Shown here: piece by piece, positions 36,469 through 48,815 of the stretch
Position numbering within the stretch: position 1 is the stretch's first letter
Layout: every line of letters starts with the position of its first letter
Assembly: GCA_964016885.1 (NCBI GenBank)
Contig: OZ024746.1
Location: 2,666,001 to 2,730,000 of the forward strand
DNA from: Eledone cirrhosa
Taxonomy: Eukaryota
Direction: 5' to 3'
Length of the DNA stretch: 64,000 bases
Position numbers and translations under genes: made by a program
The notes under the pieces: model-generated
Told to the model about the DNA's origin: nothing
The model's database searches: none
Seen by the model: only the letters and a program-made list of their open reading frames with translations

Positions 36469-37780
36469 TTAGCATTTGTTAACCTAGAGAAAGCTTTTGA
36501 GAGGGTCCCTCATTCTGTAGTTTAGGAGTAGAAGAGTAGCTAGTGAGGGTGGTACAAACAATGTACACAGGTTGTGTCAGCAAGGTTCAAATTAATGACT
36601 ATAGTAAGGAGTTTAGTGTGCAAGTTGGGGTCCATCAAGGTTCCGTTCATAACCCTCTCCTGTTTATTATCGTCCTCCAGGCTCTAACAGAAGAGTTTAA
36701 AACAAGGTGCTCATGGGAACTCATGTATGCTGATGATCTAATTCTCATAACTGAATCTATGGCAGAATTAGAGAAAAAATTCCTGACCTGGAAGCATAAG
36801 CTGAAATCAAAAGGTCTTAAAGTCAACTTGGCAAAAACCAAAGTTCTAGTAAGTAGTAAGGAAAACAAGGCCCTGATCCCTTCTGGGAAATGGCCCTGCT
36901 CTGTGTGTAGGAAAGGGATGAATAGAAATTCCATCCCCTGTTCCAAATGGAAGCTATGGGTATACAAGAGATGTAGTGGGATTGCAGGTAGGTTAACTAA
37001 GAACGTAGGTTTTACTTGTGACCATTGCACAGGAGCAGTAACAAGCGCTCACAAGAAACAAGTGCTATCCAATTCTTGGAAGGTTCTGTAGAAGCAGTTG
37101 ACAACTTCTGCTACTTGGGTGACCAAATTAGCTGTGGAGATGGATGTGCTGAAAGTACAATAGCCAGGGTGAGAACAGAATGGAATTACTATCGCTGCTA
37201 GTTACAAAAGTGTTTTCCTCAAAATAGATGGCAGATTGTATGATGTCTATACAAACAGCAATGTTACATGGTAGTAAGACCTGGGTGCTGTGTGCAGAGG
37301 ACTTGTGAAGATAAGAAAGAAATGAAGCGGATATGCTTTGATGGATGTGTAAAATACGTGAATGGCAAAGTATAAATGAACAGAGGAACTAAGCATTAGA
37401 GGGATCAGATGCAGTATGCAGGTAAGGAGATTGCATTGGTATGGACATGTGATGCATAGGCCGTATAACAGTTGTATAAAATGGTGCAGTGTAAAGTAAC
37501 GTAGGTGTCACAATAAAAAAACACCCAGTCCACCCTGTAAAGTCGTTGTGTAGGTGTCACAACAAAAAGCACCCAGTCCACACTGTAAAGTGGTCATGTA
37601 AGTGTCAATAAAAAGTACACCCAGCCCACGTCCATTTTGTAAATGTGGTTGGCATTAGGAAGGGCATCCAAACCATAGAAACGAAGCCAAAATCGGTTAT
37701 CTAATCTGGCTTGGCTCACAGTAGGACAGCTCATCTAACCCACACTAACATGGAAAAATGCACGTTAAACGATGATGATA
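36469..37780 (+). mobile_element. 5'-truncated, frameshifted RTE LINE (RT plus PHD-like finger, 3'UTR repeats, (GAT)n tail)
   Basis: LAFVNLEKAFERVP, VGVHQGS, LMYADDL, KVNLAKTKV, CSVC...KRCSG...CDHC, FCYLG; stops and frameshifts present. Confidence 0.92.
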
Positions 37781-37971
37781 TCTATGTATGTGTGTTTGTG
37801 TGTATATACACATTCTCTCTCTCAAAATGATATCTTAGTTTCCTATCTTGAATTATGTAATATCTAAAACGCTCTGATTTTTTTTTCCTTTATCTATTCA
37901 ATTGTTTTTTTTTTAAATTTCAATTTTGTTTTATATATGTGAATGTATGCATATATATGTAAAGATGTATT

Positions 37972-38016
<45 letters not shown>

Positions 38017-38456
38017 ATATGTATGTGTGTCTATATATATGTACACACATACACATGAATATAATAAAGTAGGAATGTATATAGGGTAAATATTTATGTT
38101 TTCTTTCTATATAACAATTGAAAAGAACCCCAATTCCCTGTACAGTTCTTACCTGAATCCTGTTGCATTATTATAGTCTAAAAAGATATTCTCATATTCA
38201 AGTGAACCAAGAAGATTGCATGATATATATAAATACCGTAAAGTGAAACCTCGCTTTGTTTTCAATATATACACTCTGCCTTAGCATAGAGTGTTGATTT
38301 TGATACCCACCTCAGTAACCACGAATCTGCTGACCCACCTATTATTATATATATACTCTCTCACACACATTTAAAAAAATGATGAAGCTACATTTACATG
38401 TTTATATATATACACCTATCATCTCACAAATCACAACAAACACTATTTTTTGTTGA

Positions 38457-38555
38457 ATCAATAGTCTGAAGAGCAGATCAGTGATGGAGTCAGGTCAATA
38501 ACTTCTACGGGTGACTCTGAACCAATCCTCTGCGAAACATGCATAACAGGTTGAT
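38457..38555 (+). ncRNA. Decayed hammerhead-like motif with an extended stem II
   Basis: AUCAAUAGU-CUGAAGA-GCAGA...UCUGC-GAAA-CAUGCA-UA-ACAGGUUGAU; stems I and III imperfect. Confidence 0.5.
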
Positions 38556-38584
38556 ACACAATAAAAATCAATCTACATGTAAAT

Positions 38585-38762
38585 CTATCCACACTGTAAA
38601 TATGGTTGGTGTTAGGAAGGGCATCCAGCCATAGAAAACCTGCCAGACAGTCCTATACGAGCGAGACACGGTCACCCGACCAATCTTGCCTCAAGTGGGA
38701 CAATTCCCGTCTAACCCATGCTAGCATGGAAGATGGATGTTAAACAATGATGATGATGATGT
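38585..38762 (+). mobile_element. RTE 3' tail fragment
   Basis: GGTGTTAGGAAGGGCATCCAGCC...CCCATGCTAGCATGGAAGATGGATGTTAAAC-(ATG)n. Confidence 0.85.
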
Positions 38763-39771
38763 AAATAAAACTTTGAGTTAACATGTAGGTTCTATGTTTT
38801 GTAGTTGAGATATCAGGATATCTTACTAATAATTCATTTTGCCACATGTGATTCCTCAAATTGTGAAAACTATTTCTTCCTTACATAAGAAAATGGATAT
38901 GAAATAATAAAGGTTATACTAAAACTAACTCTTCTGTATCATCAACTTTTGTATACGCCAAGCTAACATACTAATACAACTAATATACTAATTTTATGGA
39001 AACTACTGCACATCACAGCATGGAAACTAGTTTGTATGAACTTTAATTAGAATATCACTCAGTAGGATGAAACTCTTTTATGTCATAGTTTTGTTGCTAA
39101 CAGTAAACATACATTCACATACATGTACACACATACATACACACACGTATATATACACACACACGTATATGAACATACATGCGTACACACATACACACAC
39201 GTACACACTCATTCGCTCTCACACACGTACACACATATATTTGCTCCTATATGTTGATCAATAAAAGTAAATCAACTGTTTTCTCCCTCTATTCCTACTT
39301 TTTTGCCCTCAGTCATTCTGATTCCATTTATTCATTTCTCTATTTCTATTTTGGTGAACACCAACTCCTACATATGATAATGCTGGTTACCTCAGTCAAT
39401 AGTATTTCTATTGCACCAGATAATCTTAATGTTTAGGTGTTAGCTCAATTTAGCCTATTTCTTGCATTTATATTTCAGTAGCTTCAGAGCCAAACAATTA
39501 GCATGCTGGAGTTTGAGGAGTTAGGTGATGTTTTAAATCTCTGGCATGGGAGTTTATCTTTTGGCAGAATATCTTATTCTATTATTATTTTCCCATGAAG
39601 GAGACACTATAAGCTTGCTCGGCCTGCTAATAGTAGCAACCAAATTTCCATCAAATCACACCCTGCTGCCTTAAAAAGGAAATGATACAGTAGATAATGT
39701 AGTCCTGGATACTCTGCAATGCCTTAAGTCATCAATCAATCATTCACATTCCTGGAACTAATGCAGCCAAT

Positions 39772-41080
39772 CATTGGTGTGCCTCTCTAGATGGGCCACT
39801 AGTGCAGGCAGTCATTGGTGTGCCTCTCTAGATGGGCCACTAGTGCAGGCAGTCATTGGGGTGCCACTAGTGCAGGCAGTCATTGGGGTGCCACTCTAGA
39901 TGGGCCACTAGTGCAGGCAGTCATTGGGGTGCCACTAGTGCAGGCAGTCATTGGGGTGCCACTCTAGATGGGCCACTAGTGCAGGCAGTCATTGGGGTGC
40001 CACTCTAGATGGGCCACTAGTGCAGGCAGTCATTGGGGTGCCACTAGTGCAGGCAGTCATTGGGGTGCCACTAGTGCAGGCAGTCATTGGTGTGCCTCTC
40101 TAGATGGGCCACTAGTGCAGGCAGTCATTGGTGTGCCTCTCTAGATGGGCCACTAGTGCAGGCAGTCATTGGGGTGCCACTAGTGCAGGCAGTCATTGGT
40201 GTGCCTCTCTAGATGGGCCACTAGTGCAGGCAGTCATTGGTGTGCCTCTCTAGATGGGCCACTAGTGCAGGCAGTCATTGGGGTGCCACTAGTGCAGGCA
40301 GTCATTGGTGTGCCTCTCTAGATGGGCCACTAGTGCAGGCAGTCATTGGGGTGCCACTAGTGCAGGCAGTCATTGGGGTGCCACTAGTGCAGGCAGTCAT
40401 TGGGGTGCCACTCTAGATGTGCCGAGTGTGCCACTCTAGATGTGCCACTCTAGATGTGCCACTCTAGATGTGCCAGTGTGCTACTCTAGATGTGCCAGTG
40501 TGCCACTCTAGATGTGCCAGTGTGCCACTCTAGATGTGCCAGTGTGCCACTCTAGATGTGCCAGTGTGCCACTCTAGATGTGCCAGTGTGCCACTCTAGA
40601 TGTGCCAGTGTGCCACTCTAGATGTGCCAGTGTGCTACTCTAGATGTGCCAGTGTGCTACTCTAGATGTGCCAGTGTGCCACTCTAGATGTGCCGAGTGT
40701 GCCACTCTAGATGTGCCGAGTGTGCCACTCTAGATGTGCCGAGTGTGCCACTCTAGATGTGCCGAGTGTGCCACTCTAGATGTGCCGAGTGTGCCACTCT
40801 AGATGTGCCGAGTGTGCCACTCTAGATGTGCCGAGTGTGCCACTCTAGATGTGCCAGTGTGCCACTCTAGATGTGCCAGTGTGCCACTCTAGATGTGCCA
40901 GTGTGCCACTCTAGATGTGCCAGTGTGCCACTCTAGATGTGCCAGTGTGCCACTCTAGATGTGCCAGTGTGCCACTCTAGATGTGCCAGTGTGCCACTCT
41001 AGATGTGCCACTCTAGATGTGCCAGTGTGCCACTGTAGATGGGCCACTAGTGCAGCCAGTCGTTGGGGTGCCACTCTAGA
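39772..41080. repeat. Modular minisatellite: 41/27-bp units switching to 22/23/14-bp units
   Basis: CATTGGTGTGCCTCTCTAGATGGGCCACTAGTGCAGGCAGT, then GTGTGCCACTCTAGATGTGCC(G)A. Confidence 0.95.
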
Positions 41081-41316
41081 CCGTAGTCAGCTTTCACCAC
41101 TGGTCTCTATTTTCCATCATATGTAGGAGGTTCTCTGTGACCCATTCATTCTTTCATATTGCTGTACCAGTATTTTGCTGAGCTGGCTAATTAGGCTGAT
41201 TGTTTTGTAGTTCAAGCAGAGTCATAAGTTTCCTTTTTGGGGAAGTGGTATTATCAGTGATTGGGTCCACTCTTTTGACCATTTCTTTGTCTCCCAGGTA
41301 ACTGCCACTACCTTAA

Positions 41317-41557
41317 CCCTTTACCATTTACATTACTCTGTATTTACTATTGAATTTTCATGGTAAACACTTTGTCTCATGTAATATCTCACATAATATC
41401 GAATTTATGAGATTTTGCTATTATTTATTTTGTTCTCATTTCACACCCTTTTCTGTACTCCTACTTAACATCAGTATGAGTGGCCAGTTACAGCTGGTTT
41501 GAACAGAAAGAGGTGAAAGAATTATGGTCGGATGTGGACGGTTTAAATGTTAAAGGG
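41317..41557 (+). mobile_element. piggyBac-type MITE with TTAA TSD
   Basis: TTAA-CCCTTTACCATTTA ... TAAATGTTAAAGGG-TTAA; homologous to 21110-21325. Confidence 0.88.
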
Positions 41558-43459
41558 TTAAATCATGGGTCTGTATAATCAAGATCAATATAGGATGAAC
41601 AACAACAACAACATGTGCCACTTATTTTTCACTGATTAGTATCTAGCCATAAAATTTATTTTCCCATATTTTGTACCTAAATAGAAGTACCATCTAAACT
41701 ATAGAAAAATCAGATATTGTAGGTCTAAATTTCATTGCTATCTCAAATCTTTACAATATAAGCACCATATATATTTCAAATATTAAAATGTGAGTTTGTA
41801 GCTGCTTGTTAAATATTAATACTTTTTAAATTAGAGGGACTTGTGGAAATTCCACATTTTATAAATGTCACATGAATTTATAGATTTTGATAACATTTCA
41901 TTTTGAAGATTTTAAATGTCTTTGATTTCCTCCCATATTTAAGGTTGTTAAAAACATAATACTCAAACATATATTGTGACAATCAGAACAATATTATAAA
42001 TAATATAAATGAATATATAAAAAGTTTGCTAAATAATTTATCAAATTGTATAAAACAGACTTTCAAACTTCATTGAAATTCCTAGATTCTAGAAAAGAGG
42101 TGATCAGATATTGATTAGAATTTTCTATATCCTATAATCTATTTTAACAGTTGGGTTGAATATCAGTTTTTTTACAATAAAAAATAAAGAAAATAAAAAT
42201 AGAAAACAAAATCCCTAAATCTGTTGAAGTGATTGATAAGTGATAACCACTCATTAATAATCAATCCCAGTTTGTTCTTCTTATAGACTTAAATATAATT
42301 TTCATGATGTATAAATTGTTTTATTTCCTGGTTTATTAATTTTCTTATTTCATTGCGATAATTGTTACTTTAGGTTTGGTGAAGGGGAAAACTGATAAAC
42401 AGTAATTCTTCTAAATTGTTCTCATTTCACACCCTTTTCTGTACTCCTACTAAAGATAGATGTTGATCTATAATTATATAAAGCTGAGAGATAACACCTC
42501 ATGTTCTATAAGGAAAAAGGGGAAAATATATTGAAATGAGAGATGCCCTTTTCTACCAACTGCTCACTACTCACCTATGAAATGAGGGATTTATGTCACA
42601 CTGATTCCCTTATTAGTCCATTTTACTTTATTGAAACTGTTTCTTGCTCCATCATCTTAAGTGTTTTTTTTTTACCATTGCCTCTAGTCATTCAAGGCCT
42701 TGTGAATGTAATTTGGTAAACAGAAACAAAGGTATCATTCTCGGGTGGTAGAGTTGGTAAATTTAACACCACAACCTGGCCTTTAGGGATTTTACTAGAG
42801 TCCAAGTTGTTGCAAGCATTTAAGTCAAGTCTCTAGTCTGAGAATAAGTTTTTCCTTACCTCTGAAAAGAGGTTTAACAAAGCTATTAAAAAAATGTTAA
42901 AAAAAATCATCTTGCTATTTGGAGATATATGCTAGTCAGAGTGTATCATCTTAAAATAATAATCAAATGTATGATATATATATATATATATATATAATAT
43001 AAAAATTAATAAACATACTTAAATACCTAATAGTTCCATAATATACATCAGAAAAATCTATAGATAAGTAAATAAATAGATATTAAAAGATTGAGTCTCA
43101 AAGCTAATAGAATTACAATCAGCTAATCATTGTGATAGAGTTTAAAAAAAAATTGTTGAATATAAGGCAACAAGCTATTTAATTGAAGCTCTCAACTAAA
43201 GGAATGCTAGTAAAATGTCATGTCATCAAAGATGCCAGTAAGGAAAAGTGAATTAAATTACTTAAGTAAAAGAAACGAAGCTAGAATCGATAGATCTATT
43301 GTTAAATTATAATAGCATCCACATCAGAGAAGTCAGTCCTAGTCAATAATACTCTCTTTGAAAGATAGTAGCTTGCATACTTAGAAAGCCTATGTAAACA
43401 TTGCTTCACATTGCAGTACATTGCAATGGGCACTTGGAACATATATATATCTATAATTA

Positions 43460-44046
43460 TCATCATCATCATCAAATGTCTGATGGCTCCATGCTTGTAT
43501 GGATTAGAAGAGTTGTCATGAGACAAGTCAGATCAGTTGACCACATTTTACTCATACAGATCTGTATTTTGACTTGGTTTCTACAGCTGGATGTCCTTCC
43601 TAATGCTAACCCTGTCACAGTGTGGATGGGTTGGAGAGAATGGATGTGGTTGAGGTGAGTGGGAGATTTAGCTGGTGAGTAGGGAGAATATTGGTGGAGA
43701 CTAGTGTCCTACATGTTTGTTTCATCCTGAGCACATGGGAAAGTGGGTCTTCTGCTATATACACACACACACACAATAAAGCACCCGGTATATGCTGTAA
43801 AGTGGTTGGTGTTTGGAACGGCATCCAGCCATAGAAAGCTTGCCAAACAAGGGGTTAGGAGGACCCTTCAGTTTGTGTTGAAAGACACAACTTCTGCACT
43901 GTGCTCTGTGACCATAGGTAGTGGGATACAGACCCCTTGACCTGTCTAGCAGGTCAGTAACCTCGCTTCAGTACTGACTTGCTCTATGTGGACCTGTCCA
44001 ACCCTTGCTAGCAGGGAAAGCGGACATTAAATGATGATGCTGATGA
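43460..44046. mobile_element. Two divergent RTE 3' tail fragments (43460-43640 minus, 43780-44046 plus)
   Basis: CTACAGCTGGATGTCCTTCCTAATGC and GGCATCCAGCCATAGAAA motifs with (CAT)/(GAT) tails. Confidence 0.65.
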
Positions 44047-45777
44047 TATGTCCATTCTCATTTGTTTTCTTTTATGTTGCCTAGAGATGCTATTCCTCCC
44101 AGGCAAATATGGAAGTAATTTGATAGTGATGAGCAATCTCTTGACAGGAATGATCATGAAGTCTAAACCTGTTCCTTGGCTGACATTTTCTAAACTCTGT
44201 CAAAGAATTGGAATATTTAATAATTTAAAGCTTAAAGCAAGATCAGTTTTTAGAAATATTTAAAGAATAATGATTCAAATAAAATTTTAAAAAAATCTTT
44301 TAATGTTATATGGATAGTATTTTTTACAAAAATTAATCTAGTTGAAAGATTTAGTGTATAGGTTAGATATGTATATATAAGAGAAATCAATTAAAGATAG
44401 AAGCATGGAAAGAACAGGTGAGACATGAAAGTAACTAGATGATACAGGTGGATCACTGGAAGATAGAGATAAGTGGACTGTCAATACTGTAGTATATCTG
44501 TCTATCTATCCATCTATTGTCAGGATGAAGAAAAATGTTAAAAAATCTATTTCTAATTTCTAAAGATTAAATTAATGGCTTCTAGCACAGCAAATAAAAG
44601 AAGATACTATAAAGACTTTTAAACCAGGTAATGAAGTTTTAAATTAAGCAAATAAAATAGAAACTGGTGATAGTGTTGTGAGAGAGAGAGGCGGGGCATA
44701 GAAATTCAAATGTATTTAAGTTGTTAAAAAATGAATAAATATTTCACTTATGGCTATTTTAACAGTTCTATAGCCAGAAAATAAATAAGCGTTGAATTGA
44801 AATTAAATCTGACAACTAACATAATTAGAATTAGCTAATCAATGAATAATTAGTAAAAATAAAGTTGGCTGTAGAGTAAAAGAAATGTTATTCGAATCCC
44901 ATGAAGAACTTCTAGTTTGGATTTGTATTAACACGAAAGACCAATGATACATAATTTCTTATGATTGAGAACTCAGAGAAATACTTAAATAATAAGTTCT
45001 CATCTCTTTTGCACTTAACTCTTGTAGTTATAGGGACGTCAGCCAAGGCAATTTAAACCCCCACCAGGTCTGAACACAGATGATATCTTAGTACAAGAGA
45101 AAAATAACTAGCCCCAGTATTGGACTGGTATTTTATCAACCTTGGTAAGATGGAAGGCAAAGTTTACTCCAGATGAACTCAGTCTTTCGATTTCATCTTT
45201 TATTTCTCATTCTATCTTCTGAGGACGGACTAGTACTCAAAACCTTAACACTCTTTTCCTGCTATATCAAGTGTTAAACTAATATATTTCTTCATTGTAC
45301 TGTGTCGTTTGCTTTGTTCTTTCTGTTTACTTTCTGTAAGCATAAGGACTTATAAGTTGTGCTATAGGTAGTAATATATTCTGTTAGAAATATGTATATT
45401 TATTGTACTGAATTCTGAATTTTAGCTATTTTATGTCAGTTTTGAAGAAGTAATGTTGAAATAGGTGTTAGGTCTGTACAGGTGTAAGAAATGGTTAGTA
45501 TCACAGTTGTTCTGAGGCTTCAAATAGTAAAACTCTAACTTTATATGTATGTACACTACCTTTTTCCTTGCTTGTGTTAAACATACATATACAGACACAT
45601 TTTATTTATTACATAATGTATGTAGGAGACAGACAGACAGACAGACTGGCTGGCAGAGGAATAGGATGTAGTTCATAAGAGAAAGGTGAAAAGGGTGATA
45701 GTTAATGAGAGAGGGAGAGTGGTATTTAAAAACAAACAGGATAATGACAGAGAGAAGGGGAGATTTATTATTATTGT

Positions 45778-46080
45778 GAAGGTGCATGGCTTAGTGGTTA
45801 GAGTGTTGGGCTTGCAATTGAGAGGTTGTGAGTTCAATTCTCGGACCAGGTGATGTGTTGTGTCCTTCAGCAAGACACTTTATTTCACATTGCTCCAGTT
45901 TACTCAACTGTAGGAGTCAGTTGTGATGTCATTTGGACAACATTGGTGGCATGGAGAGGGGAGGTTGGTATACATGGGTGACTACTGGCCTTCCACAAAC
46001 AAACTTTGCCCAGGCTTGTGCCTTGGAGGAGAGCTTTCTAGGTGCAAATCCCATGGCCATTAGTGACTGACAGGAGCCTT
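45778..46080 (+). mobile_element. SINE family B-related, with a different tail
   Basis: GGTGCATGGCTTAGTGGTTAGAG, GAGTTCAATTC, GTGTCCTTCAGCAAGACACTT. Confidence 0.8.
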
Positions 46081-46109
46081 TAAATTATTATTATTAAATT
46101 CTAGCTTTT

Positions 46110-46245
46110 TAGGTCCTGAGTTCAAATCCTGCTAAGTTCAACTTTGCTTTACATTTTTTTTAGAGTACCAGTAAAGTACTGGGGCAATAAAATCGAGTTT
46201 CCCCTCCCCATAAATTGCTGCTCTTGTGCCTATATTAGAAATTAA
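46110..46245 (+). mobile_element. SINE family A, partial
   Basis: GAGTTCAAATCC...GTACCAG...CTTGTGCCTATATTAGAAA. Confidence 0.7.
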
Positions 46246-48734
46246 TTATAGTTACTAGCACCAAAATTTGGTCTGAATTCTTGAGATGAGGGATTATCAT
46301 TATTTATACACTAACATATTTGGTTGTGTGTTCTCATCTTGTTTAACACCATAACATTTTGGTCAATGCACCATCTAGCCTTCTTTGGGTGCCTGTCATA
46401 TTCGGTAATATTCTTGGAATTTCATTCTAAACCCTGTGACGGCCATAGCAATTTATTTGTGCCCTCTGCTGGACTTTTTAGATTTATCCTTTTGGCAATG
46501 AGAACTATATTTTTAACAAAAAGTATTTAATCTCCTTACTGTGGCAAACACCTTATGAACTTATATGCTTCATTTTTACATCCATCTTTCTATGCTGGTG
46601 TGTGTTAAATAGGATTGCTTTACAACCAACTGCTCTTCCTGACACCAACCTTTCTAGTTGCTTCATAAGACATCACAGGGATATTGTAATCATAGTCTAA
46701 CATTTGGATATGTTACACGCTCACACAGGATGTATGTCAAAAGAATATGGACATCTGTTTACAGCATCAGTACTACATGGCACCACTGTGGCTGGAGGTT
46801 TGCTATTGTGAACCCTTGTTGACAGCTGATCTGGGGAATATTCTGTTGATTGTTGGTGGAATGAGTTGGACAGAATATAGCAATTTTGTAAGAATCACAA
46901 CCTTGTACCATCTCATATGTGTTTGGAAGGCTCAGTGTTCTTAGATTTTTCAAAAGAATGTTGGACCTTTTCTAAACATCTTACTTAAAGCTTCTTATGA
47001 TCATCATCAACATATTTATATCCACTTCTCCATGTTGGCATGGGTTGGACAGGAGTTGAGTGTTCAGTGTTTTAGTCACCCTTTGTGACATGCAGGGATA
47101 CAGTGTACCTGTTTTCAAAACTGAAATATATATATGGCATCCTATAATTTTCCTCCTTTCATTTTCTTAATTTTATGTCTTTTTAATTTTACATTTTTTT
47201 TCATCTACGAAAACTTAATTTTCTATTAAGGAATATTATCTTTTCATTATTGTTTCATTTTTATTTATTTTTAAAAAATCAACAAAAAATATGCAATACA
47301 AAGAAAATTAAAATTGTTTTCTGCCTTCCTTCTTTCCTCCTTTCCTTTCTTCCTTCCTTCACCCCTCCCCCTCCCTTCCTTGTAGCCTTTCCTGCCTGTG
47401 TATTGTAAACCTCCTCTTCAATGTGTTAATATCTATTATAAATTTAAGCAATTATAGTTTGCATCATTTCCTCCCTCCTTGAATTTTCTTCACTTGACTA
47501 ATTTTATTGATATTAAATTTTTCTTTGTATGCTTCAGTTGCTCTCCTTTATTACGATTACAGCCAGTTTTTATAGGTAAAAGACCATTTTTAGCTTCTGA
47601 AGATTTCATCTTTTATAGGCTTCATTCATTGGTTCTCATTTTTCTTTTTAATTTTTATAATTTTCCTTTAAAGAAATATTTGAGTTTAAACAGTAATTTT
47701 GGAGGGTGGGGGGGGGGGGGGTATTTTTTTTGTAAATCTCAGTAAATCACAGTAATTTAAGTTTGTTTTTTTATTCTTTTTTGTTTGTTTTCTTATATAC
47801 TAAGCCTTAATTATTAATTTCTTTTGATTAGACATAATGCTGATTTGTGTAATGGAACGGGTATAGTCAGTTAAAGCAACTTCAGTGCATCACTGCTAAT
47901 TTCCCTGTTATAATTAAAAAGGACAATGTTTACTTTAATGAGATTTGAACTCAAATCAAGAAAGACAAAACTATATACAGCAGCTCATTCTGATTTTCAA
48001 CAGCCTCAGATGTAATTATTAATTTGTATATAAATCTTTAGATTCAATCTAAAAATTTGAAATCTCTTTAACAGTGACTTTGTTTGGTGGGTTGGGGGAA
48101 TGCAGTCAGCTTAAAGGCACTGCTATATCAGAAAGAGTAAGATGCTGTTAGCCAAATGTTAAGGGTTTAAATTGCATCATTGGCACTTCATTGTATTCTT
48201 GGCAAAGAAACTTAACTTTCAATCTTCCCCAGTTAGCTGCAAATAGGTAGCATACAGAGATCTCACTATAAGGTATGAGAAGGAGCTTAACTATTTATTT
48301 ACTAGATTTCTTATGAGACACTGCCTATTAATTTCAAATTTTGAAAATAATAAAAAATTTGGAAGGATTTTGAAATATAATTAACTTTCTCATTATTAAT
48401 CTAGTTTGAACCATAAACATAGGTTCTAACATAAAAATGATGAAAGGTTTTTAGATAAATATGAAGACTTTTAAATAAACAACTTTGTATCATAGAACCA
48501 GGTGGCAAATTGGCAGTAGTTGGATAGAATGCTTTGCTCTCTGAGTTCAAATCCCACTGAGGTTAACTTTGCCTTTCATCCATTCTCTCTCTCGCTCTCT
48601 CTGAGCGTAAGGGAATTTTTTGTCTTGAAATATTACGACAAAAGTAAAAATATGATAATAATAAATACCAGGTAATTAACTTTATGGCTGCCTACATTTT
48701 ACTGTCCATTTCATATTGTCTTGGCCTTATTATA

Positions 48735-48815
48735 CAGGGTGCACCAAAAATATATACCTTCCACATTTTAACAGTTGACAGTGTAAAATATGGAAGGTTT
48801 TTCTGCTACACCCTG
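48735..48815. mobile_element. 81-bp Tc1/mariner-type hairpin MITE with TA TSD
   Basis: TA-CAGGGTG ... CACCCTG-TA; inner arms ACCTTCCACATTTTA / TAAAATATGGAAGGT. Confidence 0.7.
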
